Assembly (NCBI GenBank): GCA_963921275.4
Contig: OZ001293.3
Location: 5,376,001 to 5,440,000, forward strand
Length of the DNA: 64,000 nucleotides
DNA from: an uncultured Hormoscilla sp.
GTDB taxonomy: Bacteria; Cyanobacteriota; Cyanobacteriia; Cyanobacteriales; Desertifilaceae
Direction: 5' to 3'
This document shows positions 44,022-54,581 of the stretch, piece after piece (within the stretch, counting starts at the first letter, position 1; the number at the start of each line of letters is the position of its first letter). The notes beneath the pieces were generated by a model, which made no database searches, had not been told where the DNA came from, and worked only from the letters and a program-made list of their open reading frames with translations. Position numbers and translations under genes: made by a program.

Positions 44022-45310
44022 CTGTCAAGGTGGGTCTGATGGGTGCTGCTCTGCGTATCTACGGTAGTGATCGGCATATTGCATCATTTTTTCTGTAGGG
44101 TCTCTAGTTTTTTATGTCATTTATTTACAAATATTCATTTTATTCCAAATAGAGAGCCCGAGGGTGATTAATGCGGCAATGTCTGCTATGTATAAGAGAG
44201 TGTCGTAGCCTATCAATGGAAGTTGGGGGGGTGAAATGCTGAATGTCATAGCAGAAGCGTTTTGTGCAAGAAAGTCCTGTTAGTGTCATGATGCGTGGCC
44301 TAATGGAACACATTTTTAATAGTAGGCATATAGACTCAATCTTTGAGCAACACGCTCTCAACCAATACACGGGAGAGTTGATGTTCTCAAATCTAGTAGA
44401 TTTGATGAGAAAGCGTGGTCTGTGGCATTTTCAAGAGTGTAAATGCTACCTAGAGAGCTAAAGCAAAAGAGCTCCAAGTCAGTCCCACAGCCGTTTATGA
44501 TAAAATTAACAGGGTTGACAAGCGTGTTAGTGCAGCTCTATTACACTCGACAAGAGCGTGAGATGGTTAAATTGATTGAGCTAATAGGAGGCTAAAATGA
44601 GCAGATGTTGCCTGGTTATAGTATGAAAATTATAGACGGAAACGGCGGCCACTGACGGTCGAATAGAAGTCCTCAGATATATAGGTTTAGGTCCGATCAA
44701 AACCTAACCCTTGCAAATCTTTAGTAGTCCTAGAGCCGCAGTTACATAAGAGCGATAGATATATTTCCCTGTGAAGATGGACCAAGAAAGAGCTTTATTC
44801 GACCAAGTTATAGAAAGAGTAAAAACCGTCCAGGATTGCCGACCGGAATATCTGTAGGAATAAATTTTTATTTGGGCTCCTTGATAAAGGAGCGAATTTT
44901 ATCATTAGAGAGCATGGCCTGCCTCAAGAAGCTATAACTCAATGGTTATGCGGGCGGTAGGAGTTGTGAAGACAGGAAGGCTTTTTGAACAAATGGTACC
45001 TCTGACCTACTCGTGATAAAACATTGCTGGTGCGTCCAGTGGTTCTGGGTCTCAAAAAAAATGCCCGTAATGGAGAAAATTTTCATTGCCATTCTCTGTA
45101 GTCTAGCAGCAGATGTTGTTAGTACAGCCCCAGTGGCTGTACTGTATCGAGGACCCGCTTCGTATTGAAGGATTATTCCAAACAGTGACAGAAAATTTTC
45201 ACTGCTCCCTTCAGACTTTGGGTTATCCGCATCTCGGTCACCTTTCCCATCACATTCTCGACCCACTCATCGATGTCGCGTCGGAGGTAGGAAAGGAGTA
45301 TCATAACTAA
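44022..45310 (+). mobile_element. IS4-family transposase, heavily degraded (right end approximate)
   Basis: FVQESPVSVMMRGLME...QYTGELMFSNLVDLM; RIEGLFQTVT...LGYP. Confidence 0.75.
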
Positions 45311-45475
45311 TTTTACTGCTTGAGGCCATCTCTGATTCTCAACAGATTTAAATAAATTGAGAATCAGCTAGCATCATTGATTATCAATTGCCTCAATTAA
45401 TTGAGAATCATCTGACAAAGAAGTGGAACTAACAAAGACGCGAATTCCCAAACAATTCGAGATTTTAAATTTTGC

Positions 45476-45841
45476 CTATATATTGAGAAAATTTCGCCAA
45501 GGAACTGAACAATTCGATGTCTCTGCGCCAGAAACCAGAGACAAAACGATCGAACCAAACAAGGCCGGGAAGAAACCATTAACTGTAAAACCGGGAGTGA
45601 AGTATCCGACCATCGAAAGACTGATCCCATTAACCACCAACAGAAACAGACCCAAGGTCAAGATCGTTAACGGCAAGGTGAGAATTGTCAGAATGGGTTT
45701 GACGATCGCATTAACCAACCCCATCACCGCCACACCGATGGCTGCGGCCTGCCAACTGGCGATCGTCAGACCTGGAACAAGATAGGCTGTAATTGTTAGG
45801 GAGATAGCAGCCAGTACCCAAGTTAAGAAGAAATTAAGCAT
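45476..45841 (-). CDS. Phage-holin family (YvlD-like) membrane protein with an altered C-terminus
   Basis: GLVNAIVKPIL.ILTLPLTILTLGLF.LVVNG; tail changes at a half hairpin element near 45515. Confidence 0.8.
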   Translation of the reverse strand: MLNFFLTWVLAAISLTITAYLVPGLTIASWQAAAIGVAVMGLVNAIVKPILTILTLPLTILTLGLFLLVVNGISLSMVGYFTPGFTVNGFFPALFGSIVLSLVSGAETSNCSVPWRNFLNI

Positions 45842-45992
45842 GAGCCTCTCATAATTCGATAATTATCATGATTATAGCAAATTTCCGCCCGATTATCTGG
45901 GTACTAATACAGTTTCACCTCCGGACCGCCCTAGCGCCCTATCTCCCGCTGATATCTGCTAGCGCTTTAGTCCTGACTGCGAACCCATCACC

Positions 45993-46358
45993 TTAAGCCT
46001 CTTCCCCGCTGACAAACCAGTCGATCGACCCATAAACCAGAGACAGAACGATCGCACCCAACAAGGCCGGGGAAAAACTGTCAACCTTAAAATACTCAGG
46101 GAAGGAGTGTCCAACCCTCAAAAGCACGATCGCAATAATCACAGACCTAAATATACCCAAGGTCAAGATGGTTACAGGCAACCTGATAATTTTCAGAATG
46201 GGTTTGACGATCGCATTGACCAACCTCATGACAATCACCATGACAATCACACCGATGGCGGCGCCCTGCCAACTGGCGATCGCCAGACCTTTGACAATAG
46301 AGGTTGTAATTCCTAGGGAGATAGCAGCCAGCACCCAAGTTAAGAAGAAATTAAGCAT
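45993..46358 (-). CDS. Phage-holin family membrane protein, tandem paralog
   Basis: MLNFFLTWVLAAISL shared with the neighbour. Confidence 0.8.
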   Translation of the reverse strand: MLNFFLTWVLAAISLGITTSIVKGLAIASWQGAAIGVIVMVIVMRLVNAIVKPILKIIRLPVTILTLGIFRSVIIAIVLLRVGHSFPEYFKVDSFSPALLGAIVLSLVYGSIDWFVSGEEA

Positions 46359-46439
46359 GATCCTCAAGTAAGCTCGATAATTATCATGATTGTAGCGATT
46401 TTAAATATCAAATTACAAATCGGTATGAGATCGAAGCAA

Positions 46440-47570
46440 ATGAAGCGAGTAGGTGTGATAGGTGGCGGACAGCTGGCCTGGATGATGGCGGGTGCAGCTA
46501 AGTGTTTGGATATAGAACTGGTGGTGCAAACTCCCAACAAGTCAGATCCAGCAGTGGCGGATGCTGCTGATGTCATCCTGGCACCAATAGATGATGCCGC
46601 CGCTACCGCCCAACTAGCAGATCGCTGTGATGTAATAACCTTTGAAAATGAGTTTATTAACCTGGATGCCCTCAAACCTCTAGCCCACCAGCAGGCGGTC
46701 TGTTTCCGCCCCGGACTGGAGGCGATCGCCCCACTGCTAGATAAGTACGATCAGCGCTGTTACTTGCAGCAACTGGGTTTACCTGTCCCTAAGTTTATCG
46801 CCCTGGATGGAGAACTTGACCAACTTGCCAATTGGTCTTTCCCGGTGGTAGTCAAAGCCCGACGCCACGGTTATGATGGTCAAGGGACTTTTACCCTTAA
46901 AGACCGTCAGGCCCTAGAATTAACTTTACAACAACTGGGACAAACCCCTGCATTACTCGAAGAGTTTATCCCTTTTGCACGGGAGTTGGCCGCGATCGCG
47001 GCCCGTTCGGTCACCGGCGAGGTGGTGGTGTATCCAGTGGTGGAAACCCAGCAGGAAGATCGGGTTTGCCGTCGGGTGCTAGTTCCTGCCCAGATTAGTA
47101 TAGCTGTTCGCACAGAGATAGAGGCGATCGCCCGCACCCTTTTGGACAGTCTGGAAGTGGTGGGCGTCTTTGGCATTGAGCTATTTTTAACCAGTTCTGG
47201 CAAGCTATTAGTAAATGAAATTGCCCCTCGGACCCATAATTCTGGCCATTTTACCCTGGATGCTTGCCAAACTTCCCAATTTGAACAGCATCTGAGAACG
47301 ATCTGTCAGCTGCCGGTGGGCAACCCAGCCTTAAACTGTACTGGTGCAGTCATGGTCAACTTGCTGGGCTATAAATTAGCAATACATGACTATTTTGTCA
47401 AGCGTCAAGAGTTGGCAGCAATTCGGCAAGCTCAGGTATATTGGTACGGTAAGAAAGAATCCCGTCCTGGTCGGAAGTTGGGACATGTGACGGTGCTGCT
47501 TGAGACGCCCGAAAGAGATCGGGCACTGGCGATCGCCCGCAAAATAGAATCTATATGGTACAAACCGTAG
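46440..47570 (+). CDS. purK: N5-carboxyaminoimidazole ribonucleotide synthase
   Basis: GGGQLAWM, TFENE, GYDGQG, NEIAPRTHNSGH, RPGRKLGH. Confidence 0.97.
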   Translation: MKRVGVIGGGQLAWMMAGAAKCLDIELVVQTPNKSDPAVADAADVILAPIDDAAATAQLADRCDVITFENEFINLDALKPLAHQQAVCFRPGLEAIAPLLDKYDQRCYLQQLGLPVPKFIALDGELDQLANWSFPVVVKARRHGYDGQGTFTLKDRQALELTLQQLGQTPALLEEFIPFARELAAIAARSVTGEVVVYPVVETQQEDRVCRRVLVPAQISIAVRTEIEAIARTLLDSLEVVGVFGIELFLTSSGKLLVNEIAPRTHNSGHFTLDACQTSQFEQHLRTICQLPVGNPALNCTGAVMVNLLGYKLAIHDYFVKRQELAAIRQAQVYWYGKKESRPGRKLGHVTVLLETPERDRALAIARKIESIWYKP

Positions 47571-47588
47571 GGTGGGCGGTGCCCACCA

Positions 47589-47713
47589 GTCAAGCACGGC
47601 TTCGTGCTTACTACGAACAGTCAAGCACGCTTCGTGCTTACTGCGAACGGCGAACGGTCAAGCACGCTTCGTGCTTACTCGAACGGTCAAGCGCTTCGTG
47701 CTTACTACGAACG
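47589..47713. repeat. Four tandem ~30-bp hairpin REP-like units
   Basis: GTCAAGCACG-CTT-CGTGCTTACT(A/G)CGAAC-like unit four times. Confidence 0.85.
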
Positions 47714-47776
47714 GATCTCAAGCACTTTGGAAAGATAAGTAGCCACAAAAGCAAAAATCATGCTAAGATACTTTGC

Positions 47777-47965
47777 AGGTTCTACTGCGGTGTTGGTGAC
47801 TGCCAATAAAGTTTTATGATCTATGCCTTGAGATAAACGGGAACCTGTGTAGTTCTAGCGGCAGTAGGCCGGGCCAGTAACCGGAAACGAAAGCTATCGA
47901 AACCTAGGTACCCACCTGGTGCAACCAGGTCAAAAACTGAGGTAAGACGGCACTGCGGTGAACCT
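47777..47965 (+). ncRNA. ssaA: 6S RNA
   Basis: Terminal pairing AGGTTCTACTGCGGTGTTG / CGGCACTGCGGTGAACCT; ACCTGGTGCAACCAGGT hairpin; downstream of purK as known in cyanobacteria; TGcTAAGAT extended -10 upstream. Confidence 0.88.
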
Positions 47966-48165
47966 CCTGTGTCTCCCATGTATGTGCTTTTAGCGCTCCC
48001 GGGAGACACAGGGCCCATTGGCCGTTGTATGCATTACAGGGGTATTGTGGTCTCGATCGGCTTATGACCAATTATTAAATAAATCATTTAATGGCTAATT
48101 GTCCTGTTCGTGAAAAAATAAGCAGATGTTGTTTTGTAACAGGCAGTTGCCCCTAAACCGAAGTT

Positions 48166-48489
48166 ATGCCTCAGACTTATACCGTCGAAATTAACCACCA
48201 AGGCAATATCCATACCCTGGAAGTACCAGAAGATAAAAAGATCCTGAAAGTTGCTGAGGCCGCAGGACTGGACTTGCCTAATTCCTGTAATGCGGGTGTT
48301 TGTACTACCTGTGCGGCCCTGCTAGAGACGGGAACTGTAGAGCAAAGTGAGGGTATGGGACTTAGTCCAGATTTGCAAAAGGAAGGTTATGCATTGCTGT
48401 GCGTATCATTCCCCCGATCGGATCTGAAAATTGTCACGGAAAAGGAAGATGAGGTGTATGATCGCCAGTTTGGTCGTCCGCAAAAGTAG
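48166..48489 (+). CDS. Plant-type 2Fe-2S ferredoxin (FdC2/Fed2-like)
   Basis: LPNSCNAGVCTTC...LLCV; C-terminal EDEVYDRQFG. Confidence 0.92.
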   Translation: MPQTYTVEINHQGNIHTLEVPEDKKILKVAEAAGLDLPNSCNAGVCTTCAALLETGTVEQSEGMGLSPDLQKEGYALLCVSFPRSDLKIVTEKEDEVYDRQFGRPQK

Positions 48490-48533
48490 TCCTGCATGGG
48501 AAGATGACAAATAGATAGCGTGAGAATTACCCG

Positions 48534-48731
48534 ATGACAACCCATTTTATTACGGCAGAGATTGATTTGCAAGCAACGCCATCCCAACTGCATCACGAAA
48601 TTGAAGCTGAGTTGCAGCGCCGGGGCGAACCCCTACGCTGGGCAGTTACTAGCGTTGACACCGAACGGCAAACAGCCCAGGTTGAGGCTATTGTGACGGT
48701 AGAATCTCAGAAGTCTGCTGTATCAAGGTGA
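48534..48731 (+). CDS. Conserved cyanobacterial hypothetical protein
   Basis: GEPLRWAVT motif; operonic position. Confidence 0.75.
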   Translation: MTTHFITAEIDLQATPSQLHHEIEAELQRRGEPLRWAVTSVDTERQTAQVEAIVTVESQKSAVSR

Positions 48732-49816
48732 ACAAGCGTCCTTACACTGTGGTGTTGATCGTTCCTACGGGGGTGGGGGCGGCAATAGGTGGCTATGCTG
48801 GAGATGTAATGCCGGTAGCTAGGGCGATCGCCCAAATCTGCGATCGCCTGATTACTCACCCCAATGTGCTCAACGGTGCCCAGCTGTACTGGAATTTACC
48901 TAATGCCTTCTATGTGGAAGGCTATGGACTTGACAAATTTGCGGCAGGATGCTATGGACTGCGACCGGTACATCAGAACCGGGTGGGTTTAATTCTCGAT
49001 CGGGGGATAGAACCAGAACTGCGCCTGCGGCACCTGCAAGCAGCGGACGCTACGAGAGCAACTTTGGGACTGTCTCTGACGGACTATGTGGTGACGGACG
49101 CACCGTTACAGGTGGAATTGCGCAGCTCGGCAACCGGTGCCAGTTGGGGGACAATTGCCAATCCCGATAGTCTGTTGCGGGCCGCAGAAGCACTGATAAG
49201 TCAGGCCCAAGCAGAGGCGATCGCGGTGGTGGCCCGGTTCCCGGACGACACGGAAAGCGATGAGTTGCAAAACTATCGCCACGGACGGGGAGTGGACCCG
49301 ATCGCGGGTGCGGAAGCGGTAATCTCTCACCTAGTTGTGCGCCAATTCCAAATTCCCTGCGCCCATGCACCGGCACTATTGCCATTGCCCCTGGATCCGC
49401 AACTGTCCCCCCGCTGCGCCGCCGAAGAATTGGGCTATACTTTCTTACCCTGCGTGTTAGTAGGACTGAGTCGCACTCCCCAATTTGTAGTCAAGGGTGC
49501 GGACTCCCAACCAGGGGATATTTGGGTAGATGGAGTAGATGCAGTGGTAGTGCCGGCAACTGCTTGCGGCGGTAGTGGCCTGCTGAGTTTGAGTCAGTCA
49601 CGGGCAAAATTTATTGCGGTGACCGATAATGTAACTCGGATGAATGTGCCCCCAGATGCGCTCGGAATCAATGCTTTGCGAGTAAAATCGTATTTAGAGG
49701 CATTGGGCGTCTTGGTGGCCGATCGGGCAGGCATTAGTCCTGATGCACTTAGCCTTAGCATATCATCATTAAATTGTTTATCCACCATTAGCGATAAATG
49801 CCCAGCCGACAGCTAA
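48728..49816 (+). CDS. DUF3326 family protein
   Basis: VPTGVGAAIGGYAGD, THPNVLNGA, GAEAVISH, AEELGYTFLPCV. Confidence 0.9.
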   Translation: MNKRPYTVVLIVPTGVGAAIGGYAGDVMPVARAIAQICDRLITHPNVLNGAQLYWNLPNAFYVEGYGLDKFAAGCYGLRPVHQNRVGLILDRGIEPELRLRHLQAADATRATLGLSLTDYVVTDAPLQVELRSSATGASWGTIANPDSLLRAAEALISQAQAEAIAVVARFPDDTESDELQNYRHGRGVDPIAGAEAVISHLVVRQFQIPCAHAPALLPLPLDPQLSPRCAAEELGYTFLPCVLVGLSRTPQFVVKGADSQPGDIWVDGVDAVVVPATACGGSGLLSLSQSRAKFIAVTDNVTRMNVPPDALGINALRVKSYLEALGVLVADRAGISPDALSLSISSLNCLSTISDKCPADS

Positions 49817-49833
49817 CAAATAACAACTGACAA

Positions 49834-50418
49834 ATGACAAATGAGAATCCAGAAATAGAACCCATGACGCGCACGCAAGTTTTGATTGCGATGGGGGTAA
49901 CAGCAGTGATATTGCTGATAGTGGCAAAGGTGTGGCTACACTTCGATCCTGTGCCGCAACTGCCGCTGTTCTGGAAACCGGAATTTTTGCTCTTGGGTGC
50001 GGGAGTGGGACTGGGCGTGACCGGGTTGAGTGCGATCGTTTATAAAATTTGGCCAGCTTACCGCGAAAGTGCTGATTTATATTTAAGATTGGTGCTGGAA
50101 CCTTTATTCTTTGTTGATTTTATTTGGCTAGGATTATTACCGGGATTGAGTGAGGAATTGCTCTTTAGAGGCGTGATCCTGCCAGCCTTCGGGTTGAATG
50201 TTTTAGGTTTAATTGTATCGAGTGTCTGCTTTGGGGTTTTGCACTTTAGCGGCATGGAAAGATGGCCTTATGTGGTTTGGGCGACGGCAGTGGGGTTGGT
50301 GCTGGGATATACTGCCTTAGAAACTGGCAATTTGTTAGTCCCGATCGTCGCTCATATCATCATTAATGTAGTTTCTAGTCTGACTTGGAAGCTGGGAGAA
50401 GAGGCAAAAACTGGGTAA
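49834..50418 (+). CDS. CPBP (Abi/CAAX) intramembrane protease
   Basis: EELLFRG, FGVLH, PIVAH. Confidence 0.9.
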   Translation: MTNENPEIEPMTRTQVLIAMGVTAVILLIVAKVWLHFDPVPQLPLFWKPEFLLLGAGVGLGVTGLSAIVYKIWPAYRESADLYLRLVLEPLFFVDFIWLGLLPGLSEELLFRGVILPAFGLNVLGLIVSSVCFGVLHFSGMERWPYVVWATAVGLVLGYTALETGNLLVPIVAHIIINVVSSLTWKLGEEAKTG

Positions 50419-50508
50419 TGGTGAATGGTGAATAGCAAATTGAGAATGGTGAATTGAGAATGGTGAATCTCTCGATCCCAGATACCACGCCCGAACCCTA
50501 AAGGGTCC

Positions 50509-51377
50509 GTGCGATTCGTTCTAGCCTAACGTGGTCAAACACGGAACGCTAGCCCGGTTTCATTAGCCAGGAACTCTGACCGCATGGGGGTTAAATTCCC
50601 CTCCCCCCAGGTACGGGGGTGACACCGGTCCTCGGTGCTACGAAGCGACATCATCGTGGTGCTAAGCGAGGACTCAAATGTAGGATAACTGGCAGCCTAA
50701 GCCGGTGACGCCGCTAGGAAAGATATCCAAGGTTAGAGCAGGCAAACATGTGCAAGCCTCGTTATAAGGAACCAGCGAAATAAGGCTATATGCGCTGGCC
50801 TAAAAAGGAAATGGTAGCTAGTATTAGTTTTAGACTCTGGCTAATATAGTACTCAAATAGCTCCCGGGGTATAGTGTGGACCTAAAGGTATCGCGAAATG
50901 TTGTTAGGGAACGAAGTAACCTCTCGTGTGCTGTCCATCAGGACAAGTTAGATGTTAAGCGCAAGCCACGGGGGGAGGGATGGCCCAAGAAGCGAATGCC
51001 CGGGGTAATTCCTGGGATAACATCTACAGTAATGTAGATGATGCTGGGTAGCCAGCGCTGACGTGGGTCGGTGATACTAGGAAGCTGCTGGAATGAGTAA
51101 TCCTAAAAAGCCACGGAACTAATCCGAAACGCAAGTGGAGGATAAGGTATGGATAACTGGTAAAACTGACTTGAAAATGGTGATACTAACGGTTATCAGA
51201 ACAACCACTCGCTAAACCAGGAAAGGGAAGAAAAGACAGGCGGCAAGGGCTAACGGAAGTAATTCCTATTAAGTCTACCTATGAAAAGGGCCTAGTACCC
51301 AGTAGCCGGATGCGGTGAAAATCGCAAGTCCGGTTCCTCAAGGGAGGGTCGGGAAGCGATTCCCGGCTCGACCCCAT
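50509..51377 (+). ncRNA. ORF-less group II intron, copy 2 (3' end at 51377 or 51379)
   Basis: Same length as copy 1 with one substitution seen by eye; inserted in a REP-like hairpin whose empty form is at ~53540-53590 (reverse). Confidence 0.92.
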
Positions 51378-51447
51378 CCAGCTACACGAACAAAGCCCGC
51401 CTGCGCGGGCTAGATTACTTGCATCATCGATGCTCTCCGGTCGCTTC

Positions 51448-52105
51448 GGGTGTGGTCAAAACCCGTCGATCTAACATGGGCCTTCCCAGTCGTCGGATCC
51501 CCCTTGCGATGTCTCGCGAAGGCCACGCTAAAAGCACTACCCAAGAGACATCGCACCCCCCTTAAAAAGCCTTAAAAAGGGGGGCTTCCATAGCCCCCCC
51601 CCTCGTTCCCTGGCTCTGCCTGGGAACGTAAGGGGGGGTTTGGGGGGGATCCCTATGCAACAAATGCATGACCACACCCGTTCGCAGTTAGGGTACATTC
51701 GCAGTTCGGGCACATTCGCAGTTCGCCCCGACCGGGCAGTTCTAGGGTACTTTTACCTCAACCGGCACCTATTAGCTGCTAACCGGTGCCCCACTGTTGG
51801 GGTTTAAAACCTCTCTGTTGGGGTTTAAAACCTCTCTGTTGGGGTTTAAAACCTCTCTGTTGGGGTTTAAAACCTCTCTGTTGGGGTTTAAAACCTCTCT
51901 ATTTTGGTTTTAAACCTCTCCATTGGGGTTTTAAACCTCTCCATTGGGGTTTTAAACCGGTGTGGTCTTGCGCACGTTGGCAACCGTTCACCGTGAGCTG
52001 TAAGCCGTTCGCCGTGAGCTGCGAGGGAGTTCCCCGTTTCCTGTGAGCCGTTCGCCGTTCTCCGTTAAGAGTTCCCCACTAATACAACCACTTTTGACCA
52101 CACCC
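51448..52105. mobile_element. 658-bp non-autonomous element with 14-bp TIRs and 9-bp TSD
   Basis: GGGTGTGGTCAAAA / TTTTGACCACACCC; GGTCGCTTC duplicated at 51439-51447 and 52106-52114. Confidence 0.9.
51794..51958. repeat. 21-bp tandem repeat, 8 units
   Basis: CTGTTGGGGTTTAAAACCTCT five times plus three variants. Confidence 0.95.
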
Positions 52106-52293
52106 GGTCGCTTCTCTCGATCCCAGGCAGAGCCTGGGATTGGTAGTTTGGAGGCAGAGCCTCCAGAGAAGATTACCAGACGGCGGTCACTTGATAAACC
52201 ATCGGAAATATCTCGCCAGTGCGCGAACTCTGTAAACCCAGGCAGAGTGAGTCAAGGAGCGAGAGAAAATGTACAATGAGGATGCTGAACAGC

Positions 52294-53280
52294 TTATCCA
52301 TTTACCAAGACTGGCTGAATCCAGCGCCATTCACGTTCTTGCCGTTGTTCCCCTAATGCCACCCGTCGCCAATGACCGCGCCGCCAGTGAGTGCGGGGGG
52401 AGGCATGAATTGAATGAGGCGAAGTGGAGACACGCTCAGTTTTGGGCTGAAACTGCTGTCCGATAATGAGTGGATTAAGGAAGCCATTTTTTGATGTTTT
52501 TTTACTGAACCCTTGGTTTTTGGTAGAAATAGCAGGTGTTGTCAAGTCATCAGGACGTATTTGCAGGTACAGCAGCGTTTGTATGACAATCTTTTCTATG
52601 CGTAACAGAAATTGTTCTTCAAGATTCAGGTCTTCATTAGAGCCTAATATTCTACCATTATTTATTTCAAAATCACCACGAATAATCTGGTCTCCTAGCA
52701 GCCTTACTGTGTTGACATAGGCAACCCCGCTTCTCAAAATCGTTACCCAACGAAGTTGGTCGTATTTGGCAGGCATGTCGGAGGAAATTGTGATTGACCC
52801 AAATTGTATATCTGGCAACTTAAATCCTTGGGGCAAATGCTGAAAGAAAACCCAATCACACTGATCGCCATCGGGATTGATGATGCGATCGCGTGGCAGC
52901 ATGATAATCCCAAATGGCACAGGCATCTTTAAGTCTGCGATTATTTTGGGCAAGTCCGACTCATCAAATGCATTGAACAAATTCTTATGTAGCCACCACA
53001 CCGGAAACGGATTGTGCGCTAACTGCCATGCAGAGCAAATCGTTAAAGTCCAGCTAAAATCAGAAGTTATCTGGTTAATTAAAACACTTTTAGGTACTTC
53101 TGATTCAAATGATTCAAAGATAAACAGTTGGTATGCTAGACTCTTGCTCACAGTGAAGAATGGCTCATATCCATCTACTTTTCGGTATCGACGTTCGAGC
53201 TTTTTGTACCAATGCGATCGCTTTGCACGTTCAAGCCCTTGACGATATATAACTTTTGCTTCAGCTAAAGTGGAGTTCAT
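52294..53280 (-). CDS. Hypothetical protein, 328 aa
   Basis: Intact ORF; C-terminal HASPRTHWRRGHWRR...WIQPVLVN motif. Confidence 0.8.
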   Translation of the reverse strand: MNSTLAEAKVIYRQGLERAKRSHWYKKLERRYRKVDGYEPFFTVSKSLAYQLFIFESFESEVPKSVLINQITSDFSWTLTICSAWQLAHNPFPVWWLHKNLFNAFDESDLPKIIADLKMPVPFGIIMLPRDRIINPDGDQCDWVFFQHLPQGFKLPDIQFGSITISSDMPAKYDQLRWVTILRSGVAYVNTVRLLGDQIIRGDFEINNGRILGSNEDLNLEEQFLLRIEKIVIQTLLYLQIRPDDLTTPAISTKNQGFSKKTSKNGFLNPLIIGQQFQPKTERVSTSPHSIHASPRTHWRRGHWRRVALGEQRQEREWRWIQPVLVNG

Positions 53281-53603
53281 TGCGATCGAATTTTGATACT
53301 TTTCTTTTTAGTTACTGTAGCTCATTTTGGGGTTTTTGTCCATCCATAATAAGCGCACAATCACTGGTCGCAGGACGCTCGCTCGCAACTCGCTCGGACT
53401 TCCCTAACGCCAGTAGCCAGGATAAAAGTGACGCAGGAGGCAGAGCCTCGGTGCGACGTTCCCTGCCAGAGTCAGGGAACCAGAGAATAAAAGAGTCAGA
53501 GAACGAGAGAACCGAGAGCATCTCACTTTTAGAATTTAGCCCGCGTAGGCGGGCTTTGTTTGTGTAGCCGGACCCTTTAGGGTTCGGGCGGGGCAGCTTA
53601 TCA

Positions 53604-54263
53604 CTAGGACTGAAGGGCCATTGCCGGGAAAGTAACTTTGATGCCACCCAGACCGCAATAGCCATTGGGGTTTTTGGCCAGGTACTGCTGATGGTAGTCC
53701 TCGGCGTAGTAGAATTCGGGAGCCTCAAGAATCTCTGTTGTGATTTGACCCTTACCTGCCTTGTTTAGGGCTTGCTGATAAATGTCTCGTGAGGCAACGG
53801 CGAGTTTCTTCTGCGCCTCGGAATAGACGTAAATGCCCGATCGATACTGGGTGCCGGTGTCATTGCCCTGGCGCATTCCTTGGGTAGGGTCGTGACTTTC
53901 CCAGAAGACTTGCAGCAGGGTTTCGTAACTGATGACTTTGGGGTCGAACACGACGCGCACTACTTCATTGTGCCCCGTCATCCCAGTACAGACTTCCCTA
54001 TAGGTAGGGTTGGGAGTTAAACCTGCTGCGTAACCCACTGCGGTGGTGAAAACTCCTTCTTGTTGCCAGAATTTGCGTTCTGCGCCCCAGAAACAGCCCA
54101 GACCAAACATTGCCATTTCCAGTCCCTCGGCATAGGGAGGTTTGAGGGGGTTGCGGTTGACATAATGTTGAGAGGGGACGGGCATCGTCTCTGTCCGTCC
54201 TGGCAAGGCAGTTTCAGGAGTGGGGAGGGTGAGTTTTTTCTGACTGAGTCCAAATAGCGCCAT
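53604..54263 (-). CDS. msrA: Peptide-methionine (S)-S-oxide reductase
   Basis: [37 protein letters not shown]. Confidence 0.97.
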   Translation of the reverse strand: MALFGLSQKKLTLPTPETALPGRTETMPVPSQHYVNRNPLKPPYAEGLEMAMFGLGCFWGAERKFWQQEGVFTTAVGYAAGLTPNPTYREVCTGMTGHNEVVRVVFDPKVISYETLLQVFWESHDPTQGMRQGNDTGTQYRSGIYVYSEAQKKLAVASRDIYQQALNKAGKGQITTEILEAPEFYYAEDYHQQYLAKNPNGYCGLGGIKVTFPAMALQS

Positions 54264-54365
54264 AATTTTCTGCTTGTTGGCTGAGTTGTTTACTTTTCTT
54301 AATATTCTAATATACAAAGGCTGTCATGGGGGCGGGCCCAATACTTCAAGGTTTTGCATTTTAGA

Positions 54366-54576
54366 TGTCATTGCGAGGGGGGGTACGTAGCGATTAACTT
54401 ATGATCGACCGAGTTAACCCCCCCGTTAGCGCAGCGGCCCGACGCCAGGAGGGCTAGCAATCGAGACGCCGACGCCAAAGCGCTCTTCCTCTCATACAGG
54501 GTGAGGGGATTGCTTCGGGGGGAGATCCTGGTGGCGAACCCCATAATGTTAGTTTGTATCCCCCCTCGCAATGACA
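54366..54576. repeat. Cruciform GTCATTGCGAG repeat, copy B
   Basis: TGTCATTGCGAG...CTCGCAATGACA termini; 34- and 37-nt loops; small insertions in the centre. Confidence 0.85.
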
Positions 54577-54581
54577 AATTA

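Noticed and set aside
45476..46358. Prophage lysis module
   Set aside because: YvlD-like holin-family genes are ordinary chromosomal genes, and no phage genes are nearby.
47589..47713. Mini-CRISPR
   Set aside because: Spacers are only 0-7 nt; these are REP-like tandem hairpins.
51794..51958. CRISPR array
   Set aside because: Units are head-to-tail with no unique spacers, and no cas genes are present.
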